This document shows positions 27,571 to 36,930 of a DNA stretch of 41,272 nucleotides, piece by piece. Source of the DNA: an uncultured Actinomycetota bacterium (GTDB lineage Bacteria; Actinomycetota; Actinomycetes; CAVWCF01); contig CAVWCF010000003.1 in assembly GCA_963753435.1 (NCBI GenBank), positions 1-41,272 on the forward strand, given 5' to 3'. Position numbers and translations under genes: made by a program. Numbering within the stretch: the stretch's first letter is position 1; every line of letters begins with the position of its first letter. The notes beneath the pieces were generated by a model, which was not told the DNA's origin, did no database searches, and saw only the letters and a program-made list of their open reading frames with translations.

Positions 27571-28239
27571 GTGACAGCAGGGTGCGCGGGCTACTCCGTC
27601 CTCCTCGCCATCCAGGACGTGTTGCCCATCGTTCTGGGCGCGATCGGGTTCGTCGCGCTGGGCCGACGCGCGACCGCATCACTACCGGCCCTGACCCTGC
27701 CCATCCGGATCGTGGTGATCGCGCTGGTGGCCGGTTCGGCGGTGGCCGGTCCCACCCGCAAGTTCTTGATCGCAATGGGCGCAGACTGCGCCGACCTGCA
27801 GTGGATGCAGATTCCGTTCTTCGTGTCCGTGCCGATCGGTTTCGCCGTTCTGGCTTGGTCCGTGCGGTCGGTGCTGGCCGAACGTGTCGTCGCCGTGTGG
27901 CCCTACGCGACGGTCGCTGCCCTGGCAGTCGTCGCGGCGGCGGCTGCACAACGAGACCTGATCCTGCTGGCCGTCGGCGGCGTACTGGCGGTGCTCACCG
28001 CCGCCTACGCCGCTGTGCTGGCCCGGCGGCAAGGCGACCTGCTGACCGCCGTCCTGTACATCGCCTACGCGGTCACGACACTGTCACTTCCCGGCGCGGC
28101 ATCAGCGGAGTACGAATCCGTCGCCACCGGCCTATGGGTGGAACAGGCCATCAACACCACGGCGCAGGCGCTGTTCGCCATTGCCTCCATCCGACTGCTG
28201 CGCGGAGCCGCAGCCGTTCGTGAGCCGAACCGCAACTGA
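27571..28239 (+). CDS. Hypothetical polytopic membrane protein (start uncertain)
   Basis: About 7 hydrophobic helices with GC3-rich codons, ending in WVEQAINT. Confidence 0.7.
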   Translation: MTAGCAGYSVLLAIQDVLPIVLGAIGFVALGRRATASLPALTLPIRIVVIALVAGSAVAGPTRKFLIAMGADCADLQWMQIPFFVSVPIGFAVLAWSVRSVLAERVVAVWPYATVAALAVVAAAAAQRDLILLAVGGVLAVLTAAYAAVLARRQGDLLTAVLYIAYAVTTLSLPGAASAEYESVATGLWVEQAINTTAQALFAIASIRLLRGAAAVREPNRN

Positions 28240-28242
28240 CCT

Positions 28243-29370
28243 TCAGCGCAATTGCACCGAGGCCACGACGCCCGCGTGGTCGCTGGCCCAGAACGGCGGC
28301 GCCGCCTGGAACGGGGTGTCCCCCACCACCACGGCCGAACCCACGCGCACCGGCCCACGAACCAGGACCAGGTCGATGCGAGAGCCCAACTGTGACGTCG
28401 GGTTGGTGAGCGTGGAGTTCTGGCAGCACGTCAAGCCCGGGCCGCTGCCCGCCGACCACGCATCGGTGAACGCCGGCGGTCCGGTCAACTGTGCGTACGA
28501 AGTGGTCGTTGACCCATCGGCGGCGGAGTTGAAGTCGCCCACGGCGATCACCGAACCGCCCCGCGCCGGGCCCGCGATGAACTCGGCGGCCTGCGCCTCC
28601 TGCACGGCGGCGAAGTCCTCGGTCTCCAGGTGGGTGTTGACGAAGGTGAAGCTCTTTCCGGCGTAGCGGCCGCTGACCGAAACCCAGCCGCGGTCGAACG
28701 AAAGCGGCCCAGCCGGGGTGGGCAGAACCTGCTGTGCGTTGAAGGTGCCGCTCCGGGCATGGCCCACACTCAGGTCCGCGGCGTCATCGTTGACCAGGAT
28801 CACGTCGCGGTCCTCGAACGTGACCACGCAGTCGGGAACCAGACCGCCGGGGGTGACCGCTACGCCCTCGCAGCCGAACGGCGGGGAGACCAACGGCAAC
28901 GGGCCGATTAGAGCGTTGTTCGAGACCCCGGCAACCGAATAGTTGAGGCCGGCACCATCAAGGGTGGCCAGCAGGATCTCCAGGAAGTCCACGCTCGGCG
29001 GGTTCGCTGATGGCTCGGCCACCGGCAAGGCGGTCCAGTTGGAGACCTCCTGCAGGCCGATCAGGTCCGGCTGTGTGGCAGCGATCTCAGCGGCCAGGGC
29101 CTGCGCCCGAGTCGGGAAGTCGGTGAACAGCATCGTTCCGTAGATCTCCGCAACCGCACCGATGAACTTCTGCGGGGCTAGCGGATCGGCCGGGTCGATC
29201 TCGATCGCGGGCGCCAGACTCGACCCCAGGTAGATGTTGCGGGTCATCACGGTCAGGTCGGGTTGATCCTTCGCCGCAGCTGGCAGCGCGGTAACGGAAC
29301 CGAGCAGACCGACAGCGAGGACCGCACTCAGTAGCGCGCGCAGCCAACGGGTGCGAGGGGAAGCGGACAC
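28243..29370 (-). CDS. Secreted endonuclease/exonuclease/phosphatase family protein
   Basis: Signal peptide ending PAAA, then VMTRN, LIGLQEV, NTHLE, GDFNS, RIDLV, SDH. Confidence 0.92.
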   Translation of the reverse strand: MSASPRTRWLRALLSAVLAVGLLGSVTALPAAAKDQPDLTVMTRNIYLGSSLAPAIEIDPADPLAPQKFIGAVAEIYGTMLFTDFPTRAQALAAEIAATQPDLIGLQEVSNWTALPVAEPSANPPSVDFLEILLATLDGAGLNYSVAGVSNNALIGPLPLVSPPFGCEGVAVTPGGLVPDCVVTFEDRDVILVNDDAADLSVGHARSGTFNAQQVLPTPAGPLSFDRGWVSVSGRYAGKSFTFVNTHLETEDFAAVQEAQAAEFIAGPARGGSVIAVGDFNSAADGSTTTSYAQLTGPPAFTDAWSAGSGPGLTCCQNSTLTNPTSQLGSRIDLVLVRGPVRVGSAVVVGDTPFQAAPPFWASDHAGVVASVQLR

Positions 29371-29462
29371 CAGACCTCCTGAGATTGAGGAACCTGTCTT
29401 GAGGATGCCCCCGCGATCGGGACCTGGCTATCGGTTTGGGGCAACTGGCCCGGTTCAGGTGA

Positions 29463-29482
29463 CCGGCCGGCGAACCGGCCGG
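29463..29482 (-). terminator. GC hairpin downstream of the flavoenzyme gene
   Basis: CCGGCCGG-TTCG-CCGGCCGG on the minus strand. No U-tract follows. Confidence 0.4.
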
Positions 29483-29517
29483 AGCCACCACGCCGCAGAA
29501 CAACCCCTAAGCCGCGC

Positions 29518-31578
29518 TCACTCGTCGCGGATGAACTCCACGCCATCGACATCGACGTTCTCACCGAACTGCCTGGCGGCCCGGTGTCCGGCGAAGACAG
29601 CGGCGGCGATGAGCCCGGGAGCGTCGGCGTCCCCGATGACACCGAGCGAGCGGATGTTTGCGGCGTCGACCGCGCCCGCCAGTTCCTCGGCTAACTCCGA
29701 CCGGGGTTGTCGGTCGCCCAGCAGCACAACCGAGGTGGCGTCAATGGTCTCCTGCGTCTCCCCCACCACCGCGTGGAAGTGCACTCGTTGCGCCTCGATG
29801 GCCGCGACCGTGTGCCGGGTGACGATGCGTACTCCCAAGTCCCGCAACCGGCTCTCGATGCGGTGCTGTTCCAACGTGTATTCGGTCCACGCCGACACCA
29901 GCGGAGCCGGCGTAACGAGGGTGACCTCATGGCCTCTTGCGACCAGCAGTTCGGCGATCGCTCCGCCGGTCACGTAGTGGTCGTCGTCGTAGACGACCAC
30001 CGGCCCGTCGGGGATACGCCACGTCCCGGCCACTAGGTCGTCGAAGATGTCGTCCGGGGTGAACACGTTCGGCTGTTCGTGGCCTTCGACGGGTCGACCG
30101 GTGCTGCGGCCCCTTCCGTCGCGCCGCCAAGTCGCGCCGGTGGCCACGAGTACGTGCTCGGCGCCGAACTCGGCGATGTCGGCGGCGGACACTTCCGAGG
30201 CGGGGAACAACTCGACGTTGGGCAGGTCGGCGATCTCGTTGAGCCGCCAGTCGACCACCCGCCGCCACGGGCCCAGCCCGGGCAGCAGCGCCTCGCGCAC
30301 CACGCGCCCACCTAGTTCGTTGCGGGCCTCCAGCAGTTGCACCTGGTGCCCACGCTGGCCGAGTGCTCGGGCGGCTTCGAGCCCGGCCGGGCCACCGCCC
30401 ACGATCATGATGGGCGCATCCGTTCGCCGGGTCGGGATGAACTCGGGGTGCCAGTCGCGCCGGAACTCCTCACCCATCGTCGGGTTCTGGGTGCAGCGGA
30501 TCGGGATGCCGAACGGGTCGGTCGCCACGCAGATGTTGCACCCGATGCATTCGCGGATGCGGTCGACGCGGCCCGCGCGGATCTTGTTCGGCAGGAACGG
30601 GTCGGCGATGGACGGTCGGGCCGCCCCGATCAGGTCCATCACCCCGTGCCGGATGGCAGCGACCATTGCGTCCGGGCTGGTGTAGCGGCCGACGCCGACG
30701 ACCGGCTTGGTGGTCAGCGACTTCACGAAGCCGATGTACTTCTCCTGGTGGCCTTCCGGTTCGAAGCGGGAGGTGGCGGAGTCGTTGCTCCAGTCGGAGA
30801 CGTTGACGTCCCACAAGTCCGGCAGTTCGGCCAGCATCGAGATGATCTCCGGGGCCTCGCCGTCGTGGGTGATACCCAGGGGCCCCTCCAGTTCATCCAC
30901 AGCCAGCCGTACGGCTACCGCGCACTGGTCGCCGACGGCTTCCTTGGTGTCCTCGATCAGCTCTCGCAGGAAGCGCACCCGGTTGGTCAGGCTGCCGCCG
31001 TACTCGTCGGTGCGGTCGTTGTGACGCCGGGACAGCAGTTGCATCGGCAGGGTCAGCCCGTGCGCGGCGTAGCAGTAGACGATGTCGTAGCCGGCTTCGC
31101 GCGCGCGGATCGCGGCGTTGCGATGCCAGCGGCGGACGTCGGCGAAGTCGCGTTTGGTCATGGCCCGGGTCTGGCCCGGCTCGAACCCGGAGGCGCCAAG
31201 CAGTCCTTCTGAGCGCGGACCGAGCGGGACAAGCCGGGAAACGAGGTTGGCCGCGTCCACGCCGGCGTGGTTCAACTCGATGCCGGCCAGCGCGCCGTGC
31301 GCGTGCACGGCGTCGGTCATGAGCTGGTGATTGGGGATGTCCTCATCACTCCACAGCCGACCTTCGACGCAGGGCGCCAGGTCGCTGGACGGGTGGATCT
31401 CCACCTCCTCGGTGCAGACCACTCCCCAACCACCCTCGGCTTTGGTTGCGCGCATCTGCGCCAGCGCTTTGGGACGCCGATAGCCAAGGCCGTTGCAGTG
31501 CGGAACTTGGTAGAAGCGGTTGGGCGCAACCTTGGGGCCGATCGGGACCGGCTCGAACAGCAAGTCGAATTCGCCCAC
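29518..31578 (-). CDS. Trimethylamine/histamine dehydrogenase-family iron-sulfur flavoprotein
   Basis: NRFYQVPHC (Cys for 6-S-cysteinyl-FMN), RTDEYGGS, ARPSIADP, ECIGCNIC...CTQNP (4Fe-4S), VGGGPAGLE. Confidence 0.92.
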   Translation of the reverse strand: MGEFDLLFEPVPIGPKVAPNRFYQVPHCNGLGYRRPKALAQMRATKAEGGWGVVCTEEVEIHPSSDLAPCVEGRLWSDEDIPNHQLMTDAVHAHGALAGIELNHAGVDAANLVSRLVPLGPRSEGLLGASGFEPGQTRAMTKRDFADVRRWHRNAAIRAREAGYDIVYCYAAHGLTLPMQLLSRRHNDRTDEYGGSLTNRVRFLRELIEDTKEAVGDQCAVAVRLAVDELEGPLGITHDGEAPEIISMLAELPDLWDVNVSDWSNDSATSRFEPEGHQEKYIGFVKSLTTKPVVGVGRYTSPDAMVAAIRHGVMDLIGAARPSIADPFLPNKIRAGRVDRIRECIGCNICVATDPFGIPIRCTQNPTMGEEFRRDWHPEFIPTRRTDAPIMIVGGGPAGLEAARALGQRGHQVQLLEARNELGGRVVREALLPGLGPWRRVVDWRLNEIADLPNVELFPASEVSAADIAEFGAEHVLVATGATWRRDGRGRSTGRPVEGHEQPNVFTPDDIFDDLVAGTWRIPDGPVVVYDDDHYVTGGAIAELLVARGHEVTLVTPAPLVSAWTEYTLEQHRIESRLRDLGVRIVTRHTVAAIEAQRVHFHAVVGETQETIDATSVVLLGDRQPRSELAEELAGAVDAANIRSLGVIGDADAPGLIAAAVFAGHRAARQFGENVDVDGVEFIRDE

Positions 31579-31587
31579 CGCTGCGCG

Positions 31588-31998
31588 TCAGCCCTCTTGG
31601 TTGCGCAGCATCCCCGCTACCGAAACGAGGAGGTGACGAAGTGCGTTGGGGTTGCCCCCGACGACGTCCCAGAAACCCGCCGGCGAAATTCGGAACGTCT
31701 TGGTGGGCTCGTCGCCGGCGGCGCGCACGGTCGCGGACCTGGGCCCGCCGTCGATCACGGCGATCTCCCCGAAGTACTCACCCGGGCCCAGGTTGGCAAC
31801 GACTTTGTCGCCGACGACTACTTCAGCGGTGCCGGCCAGGACTACGTGCAGTCCCGCCTCCTGCGCCCCTTGGCGCACGATCTCCGAACCTGACGGGTAC
31901 TTCACGGTGCTGCCGTTGGTGACGAAGCCGTCCAGGACCTCATCAGGTAGGCCGGAGAAGATGTTGACGCCGGACAATCGCTGCCGCAGGGACTCCAT
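31588..31998 (-). CDS. Stand-alone cyclic-nucleotide-binding domain protein
   Basis: IVRQG, LGPGEYFGEIA...PRSATV phosphate-binding cassette. No HTH follows. Confidence 0.9.
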   Translation of the reverse strand: MESLRQRLSGVNIFSGLPDEVLDGFVTNGSTVKYPSGSEIVRQGAQEAGLHVVLAGTAEVVVGDKVVANLGPGEYFGEIAVIDGGPRSATVRAAGDEPTKTFRISPAGFWDVVGGNPNALRHLLVSVAGMLRNQEG

Positions 31999-32128
31999 GT
32001 CGCGACAACTTACCGAGTCGCACCCCCGTATGCGGGCCAGTCAGGATCTGACTCAGAGCCGATTGCCTAGGGTTTGGCGTGCAGACGCCAAATGGCAGGT
32101 TCTGTGCGGCGATGGGAGTGGGTGACGA

Positions 32129-33811
32129 ATGGGCCTTCGCGCCCGGCTTCGCCGCACTTCGTGGCGGGACGCCCGAAAGGACGGGATCGCCGGCCTGGTC
32201 CTAGGCGTGCAGAGCGTTCCCGATGGACTTGCTACCGGGCTGCTGGCGGGCGTCAATCCTCTCGCCGGCCTCTACGGCTATCTGGTGGGCACGATCGCCG
32301 GGGTGTTTGCCACCTCATCGGTGTTCATGGTCGTGCAGGGCACCGGCGCGATGGCGATCGTGATCGCAGATGTGCCTGCCGTGCGTGGTGATGACGGCGG
32401 CCGAGCGCTGTTCACGCTGGCGATCCTGACGGGGGTCGCGATGATCCTGGCTGGGCTGCTCCGGGCCGGGGCGTTGCTCCGCTTCGTGTCGAACGCCGTG
32501 ATGGTCGGGTTCATCAACGCAGTCGGGGTGAACATCGTCCTGGGCCAGCTCGGCAACTTCACGGGCTACTCCTCGGACGGCCAGAACCGGGTCACCCGGG
32601 CCATCGACACGCTGCTGTCCCCGTTTCAGCTGAGCTGGGCGAGCGTGGCGGTCGGCGTGGTGACGATCACACTGATCCTGGTCCTGGAACGCACTCGCGT
32701 CGGGGCGCTCGGCCTGGTCATCGCCGTGATCGCGACCTCAGCAGGTGCTCATGCCCTGAACGTCGGCGGTGTGGCGACGCTGAACGACTTGGGGGTAATG
32801 CTCGACGGCCTGCCGACGCCGACTTGGCCACAACTGGCGGTGGTGCCCGAACTGCTCGTACCGGCAGCGGCCCTCGCTTTCGTGGGCCTGGTCCAAGGGG
32901 CAGGTGTGTCTGCCAACTTCGTCAACCCGGACGGTCGCTACCCCAACGCCTCACGGGACTTCGTCGGTCAGGGCGTGGCGAATGTCGCGGCCGGCACCCT
33001 GCAAGGAATGCCGGTTGGCGGCTCGGTTTCGGCCACTGCCTTGAACAGGACGGCTGGGGCCCGTTCCCGCTTGGCCCCACTCGTGGCCGGCCTGGTCATG
33101 GCGGTGGTGATCGTGGCATTCGGGGACGCCATCGGCTACCTGGCCATGCCCGCGCTAGCCGGCCTGCTGATCCTCATTGGCATCCGAACCATCAAACCCG
33201 CTGACCTGCACTCGGTGTGGCGGACCGGCACGGTGCAGAAGGTGGTCCTGGTCGCCACTTTCACACTGACGATGCTGATCCCGCTGCAGTACGCGGTGCT
33301 TGTGGGCGTCGTCTTGTCCATCGTCTTGTACGTAGTGCGGCAGTCCAACCGCGTCACCATTCGGCGACGCGTCTACGACGAATCTGGCCAGGCGATCGAG
33401 GTCCATCCTCCTGCCACACTCCCCGCTGGCGAAGCGGTGATCCTGCAGCCGTACGGCAGCCTGTTCTTCGCCGCCGCACCCGTGTTCGAGGCGGCCCTCC
33501 CAGCCGTCGTCCCAACGTCGCGTCGATCCGTGGTGATCCTTCGTCTGCGCGGGCGTTCCGACCTTGGGACCACCTTTATGGATGTGGTTCTGCGCTATGC
33601 GCAGTCACTCCAGCAAGTGGATTCTCGCCTCGTGGTGGTCGCCGGCAGCGACCGCATCGTCGAACAATTGCAGGTGACTGGCATCGCCGAGTTGATCGGC
33701 GCAGAAGGCCTTTACGTGAGCGACGAGCGAGTGGGAGCCACGCTCAATCGCGCCTACCGGGAGGCCGAGGCCTGGATCGCAGCCCAAACCGGCCCGAGGC
33801 AGTCTGAGTGA
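32129..33811 (+). CDS. SulP/SLC26 anion transporter with a STAS domain
   Basis: D..AG..LG..SVPDGLA, VMVGF, QG.AN, PVGGS.S.T, STAS YGSLFFA. Confidence 0.93.
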   Translation: MGLRARLRRTSWRDARKDGIAGLVLGVQSVPDGLATGLLAGVNPLAGLYGYLVGTIAGVFATSSVFMVVQGTGAMAIVIADVPAVRGDDGGRALFTLAILTGVAMILAGLLRAGALLRFVSNAVMVGFINAVGVNIVLGQLGNFTGYSSDGQNRVTRAIDTLLSPFQLSWASVAVGVVTITLILVLERTRVGALGLVIAVIATSAGAHALNVGGVATLNDLGVMLDGLPTPTWPQLAVVPELLVPAAALAFVGLVQGAGVSANFVNPDGRYPNASRDFVGQGVANVAAGTLQGMPVGGSVSATALNRTAGARSRLAPLVAGLVMAVVIVAFGDAIGYLAMPALAGLLILIGIRTIKPADLHSVWRTGTVQKVVLVATFTLTMLIPLQYAVLVGVVLSIVLYVVRQSNRVTIRRRVYDESGQAIEVHPPATLPAGEAVILQPYGSLFFAAAPVFEAALPAVVPTSRRSVVILRLRGRSDLGTTFMDVVLRYAQSLQQVDSRLVVVAGSDRIVEQLQVTGIAELIGAEGLYVSDERVGATLNRAYREAEAWIAAQTGPRQSE

Positions 33812-33831
33812 CGCTTATGGCCGCCGCCGTC

Positions 33832-34536
33832 TCAGCGGCCGGCGCCTCCCACCACCTGGGGTTGGGTGCTGCGCCGCACCAACAGCACGGTCGCGACCAG
33901 TGCGACCCATCCGGGGAAGACGTATAGAACCGGCTCCGACACGGTCACATTGACGAACTCGATAACGCCGACGGCGTAGGTCAGCACGATCAGCCAGTGC
34001 GGCAGCACCTGGGCGGATCTGCTCAGCGACGCGGCCGAGAACATGACGAGCGTGGCGACGCGCGGGACGAAAACCGCAAGGATCACTACTCCAGCGGCGC
34101 GAAACATCTGGCTGGCGCCCGGGTCCGGAACCTGGTCCCCCACGACCAACAGGAAGGATGGCGCGCCGACCGCCGCTGCGCCCACCAACATCAAGCCGGA
34201 AAGCAGCACACTGGAACTTAGGAACACCGTGCCGACCATCGGGTTCTCACGACCAGCCAGTCTGCTTCGCACCACCCCCACGAACCACAGAAACCCAATG
34301 GTCCCCAGCACCACCAGGGCCAGGTACAGACTGATACTCCCGGCCGCTTCTTGGGTGTAGTAGTCCGCGATCTCCTGTTGTGACGAACCGACTCCTGGAC
34401 TGCTGAATAGCCCACGCAGCGCAACGATCCAGCCGACCCCGCAGATGAGGCCCGAAAACGCTGCAGCCTCAACCGATGTGAGCCGGCGGCGCCAGACCTC
34501 CCGCTCCGTCATCTGCTGTCCACGCGGTTGAGCCAC
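33832..34536 (-). CDS. Hypothetical membrane protein (about 6 TM)
   Basis: Hydrophobic helices with FLWFVGVVR, LPHWL and FPGWV. Starts 7 bp after the macrodomain stop. Confidence 0.75.
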   Translation of the reverse strand: MAQPRGQQMTEREVWRRRLTSVEAAAFSGLICGVGWIVALRGLFSSPGVGSSQQEIADYYTQEAAGSISLYLALVVLGTIGFLWFVGVVRSRLAGRENPMVGTVFLSSSVLLSGLMLVGAAAVGAPSFLLVVGDQVPDPGASQMFRAAGVVILAVFVPRVATLVMFSAASLSRSAQVLPHWLIVLTYAVGVIEFVNVTVSEPVLYVFPGWVALVATVLLVRRSTQPQVVGGAGR

Positions 34537-34543
34537 CGGCGAA

Positions 34544-35002
34544 TCACGCCGTGACGATAGCGCCGGGCAAAGAGACGACCACGAGCGTCACCGGCGTCTG
34601 TGCGGCGACCTGCTCCACGACCTCCTGCACGTCCGACCAACGCAGACCGCCGATGCCCGCCCCGATGCGCGGCATCCCGATTCGCTCGATGCCGCGGGAT
34701 TCGGCGTCGTGCACTGCCGCCGCCAGCGAATCCTCAATCGCCTCCAGGCGCGCATCGGCGCCGGGTTCGAGTTGGGTGGCGCAGTTGTAGATGACGGTCC
34801 CGTCGGGGGCGGTCCACGGCAGGACGTCTCCCGGCTGTAGCGCCTCGATGGAACACACAGCCTGGTATTCGGACTTCATTCGCGGCCACTTGGCGGCGAA
34901 CACGCCGGCAATGCCGCCCATCCCGCCGCGGCAGTTGACGCCATGGGCTAAGGCGGGCAGACCCTGTTCGAACAGATCACCGGTCCGGTACTCCACGGGC
35001 AT
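34544..35002 (-). CDS. Macrodomain protein (Poa1p/TARG1/DarG-N-like)
   Basis: GDLF, AHGVNC.G.MG.IA, IYN.ATQ, MPRIGAGIGGL.W. Confidence 0.9.
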   Translation of the reverse strand: MPVEYRTGDLFEQGLPALAHGVNCRGGMGGIAGVFAAKWPRMKSEYQAVCSIEALQPGDVLPWTAPDGTVIYNCATQLEPGADARLEAIEDSLAAAVHDAESRGIERIGMPRIGAGIGGLRWSDVQEVVEQVAAQTPVTLVVVSLPGAIVTA

Positions 35003-35063
35003 GCCCTAGAACCTAGGGCTATTGAGCTTCGCACCACTACCGCCGCGGTACACACTTGCCACC

Positions 35064-35627
35064 ATGAGTGCCCAAGTGGACGTGCTTACCGTTGGTTACG
35101 CGCACGACCGGGTTGCCAGCACGGTGGTGCTCATCCGGGACCCCGAAGCGATCGTGGTGGTCGACCCGGGAATGGTGGCGTCCCGCGCCGCGATCCTCGA
35201 CCCACTCGAAGCACTTGACGTGCGGGCTGACCAAGTGACCGACGTGGTCTTCAGCCACCACCACCCCGACCACACCCTCAACGCAGCGCTGTTCGAGAAC
35301 GCTCGCTTCCATGACTTCATGGCCATCTACCGCGACGACGTGTGGCAGGACAGCGACGGCGAGGGCCGCCGGATAGGAACATCCGTTCGCCTGGCGGCCA
35401 CACCTGGTCACACCGCCGAGGACGTCTCAACGCTTGTCGACACCGCCGATGGCCTGATCGTCTGCACGCACCTTTGGTGGAACCAAGACGGCCCGGCCGA
35501 TGACCCGTTCGCCCGCGACCGCGATCTGCTCAAGGCGTCCCGGGAACGAGTCCTGGCCATGAACCCGGCGCTGGTGATTCCCGGTCATGGGGCGCCCTTC
35601 GCCCCGACATCGGCCACGCCGCGCTGA
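35064..35627 (+). CDS. Metallo-beta-lactamase-fold hydrolase
   Basis: VVDPG, SHHHPDH, TPGHT, IPGHG. Confidence 0.9.
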   Translation: MSAQVDVLTVGYAHDRVASTVVLIRDPEAIVVVDPGMVASRAAILDPLEALDVRADQVTDVVFSHHHPDHTLNAALFENARFHDFMAIYRDDVWQDSDGEGRRIGTSVRLAATPGHTAEDVSTLVDTADGLIVCTHLWWNQDGPADDPFARDRDLLKASRERVLAMNPALVIPGHGAPFAPTSATPR

Positions 35628-35646
35628 CGTCTCCGCGGGCCACCAG

Positions 35647-36930
35647 TCACGGCGCGAGGAGTTCGCGGATGCCCGAAGCGTCCTTGCCTTGCCGCAGGAG
35701 ACCGGCCATCGTCCGCATCGGCTCGTCGATATGCGCGAAGAAGGCCTTGTAGCCGGCACAGAGGTGATTCAGCCCCGGCTCACCATCGGGTGTGGTGGCG
35801 AACCTGTCCTTTGGGCAACCCCCGTTGCAGGCGAACTGCACTTCGCACCGGCGGCAGTACTGCGGCAGATCATCGAACTTGGCGGCTCCGAAGGCACGCT
35901 GCTGATCGGATTCGACCAGTTCCAGCATGGTTGGGCCGTTAGCGATGTTGCCCAGCAGGTAGGCGGGCTCGACGAAGTGATCGCAGGAGTAGAGATCGCC
36001 GTTGTGTTCCAGTGCGACGGCGTCTCCGCAGGTTCGCGCATGCACGCACATCCCGACCTGGTCCATGCCGAGCCAGTGCGCCAGGGCCGTATCGAACATG
36101 GACACGAACACGTCGCCTACGTCATGTCGAACCCACTCGTCGAATACGTCGATTAGGAATTGGCCGTACTGCGCGCCGGTAACACTGCGCCCGGTCACTT
36201 GATCGCCCCGCTGGACGTATAGCGGCCGGTGCCCTTGCGGCCCGCCCCATCCGAGTTCCACCTGAGGTAGGAGCTCCTCGGTGGCTCGTTCGACGATGGG
36301 GATCAACTGGATGAATGTCGCCCCCAGTTCATCGCGCAGGAAGCGGTAAACCGCAAGGCCGTGATCGGCGTTGACCGAGTGCACGGTAGTCAGCACGTTC
36401 CAATCGACCTGGTGTCGCTTGAGGGCGTCGAGACCGACAAGCACTCGATCTAGGGTCGGCTTGCCGCCTTTGTCAACGCGGAACACGTCGTGAAGTGGCG
36501 CCGGCCCATCAATGGACACGCCGACGAGGAAATCGTTCTCCTTGAAGAACGCCGCCCACTCGTCGTCGATCAGAGTCGCGTTCGTCTGCACCGTGTTCAG
36601 CACTCGCTGCCCCGGCGCGGCCAACTCGCGCTCCAGCTCGATGCTTCGGCGAAAGAAGTCCAGACCCATCAGCGTGGGTTCCCCACCCTGAAAGGCCACA
36701 ACCACTTCCTGCTGGTCGCGGTGCGCAGCAAGAAGTTGCGAGATGTAGGCACGGTGCACCTGGTCGTCCATCCGGAACTGGCTACCGGGGTACAACTCCT
36801 CCTTGGACAGAAAGAAGCAGTAGTCGCAGTCCAGGTTGCAGATGGCGCCAGTGGGTTTAGCCATCACATGGAAGGCACGCCCCGGGGTAGTACCAGTCAC
36901 GGCTGCCGTTGACGGAGCACGGCTAGTCAA
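35647..36930 (-). CDS. Anaerobic sulfatase-maturating radical-SAM/SPASM enzyme (anSME, AslB/ChuR-like)
   Basis: AKPTGAICNLDCDYC, QGGEPTL, QTN, VSIDG, SPASM Cys set (CVHARTC, YSCDHFV, CRRC..FAC.GGCPK, HLC). TTG start is inferred. Confidence 0.93.
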   Translation of the reverse strand: MTSRAPSTAAVTGTTPGRAFHVMAKPTGAICNLDCDYCFFLSKEELYPGSQFRMDDQVHRAYISQLLAAHRDQQEVVVAFQGGEPTLMGLDFFRRSIELERELAAPGQRVLNTVQTNATLIDDEWAAFFKENDFLVGVSIDGPAPLHDVFRVDKGGKPTLDRVLVGLDALKRHQVDWNVLTTVHSVNADHGLAVYRFLRDELGATFIQLIPIVERATEELLPQVELGWGGPQGHRPLYVQRGDQVTGRSVTGAQYGQFLIDVFDEWVRHDVGDVFVSMFDTALAHWLGMDQVGMCVHARTCGDAVALEHNGDLYSCDHFVEPAYLLGNIANGPTMLELVESDQQRAFGAAKFDDLPQYCRRCEVQFACNGGCPKDRFATTPDGEPGLNHLCAGYKAFFAHIDEPMRTMAGLLRQGKDASGIRELLAP

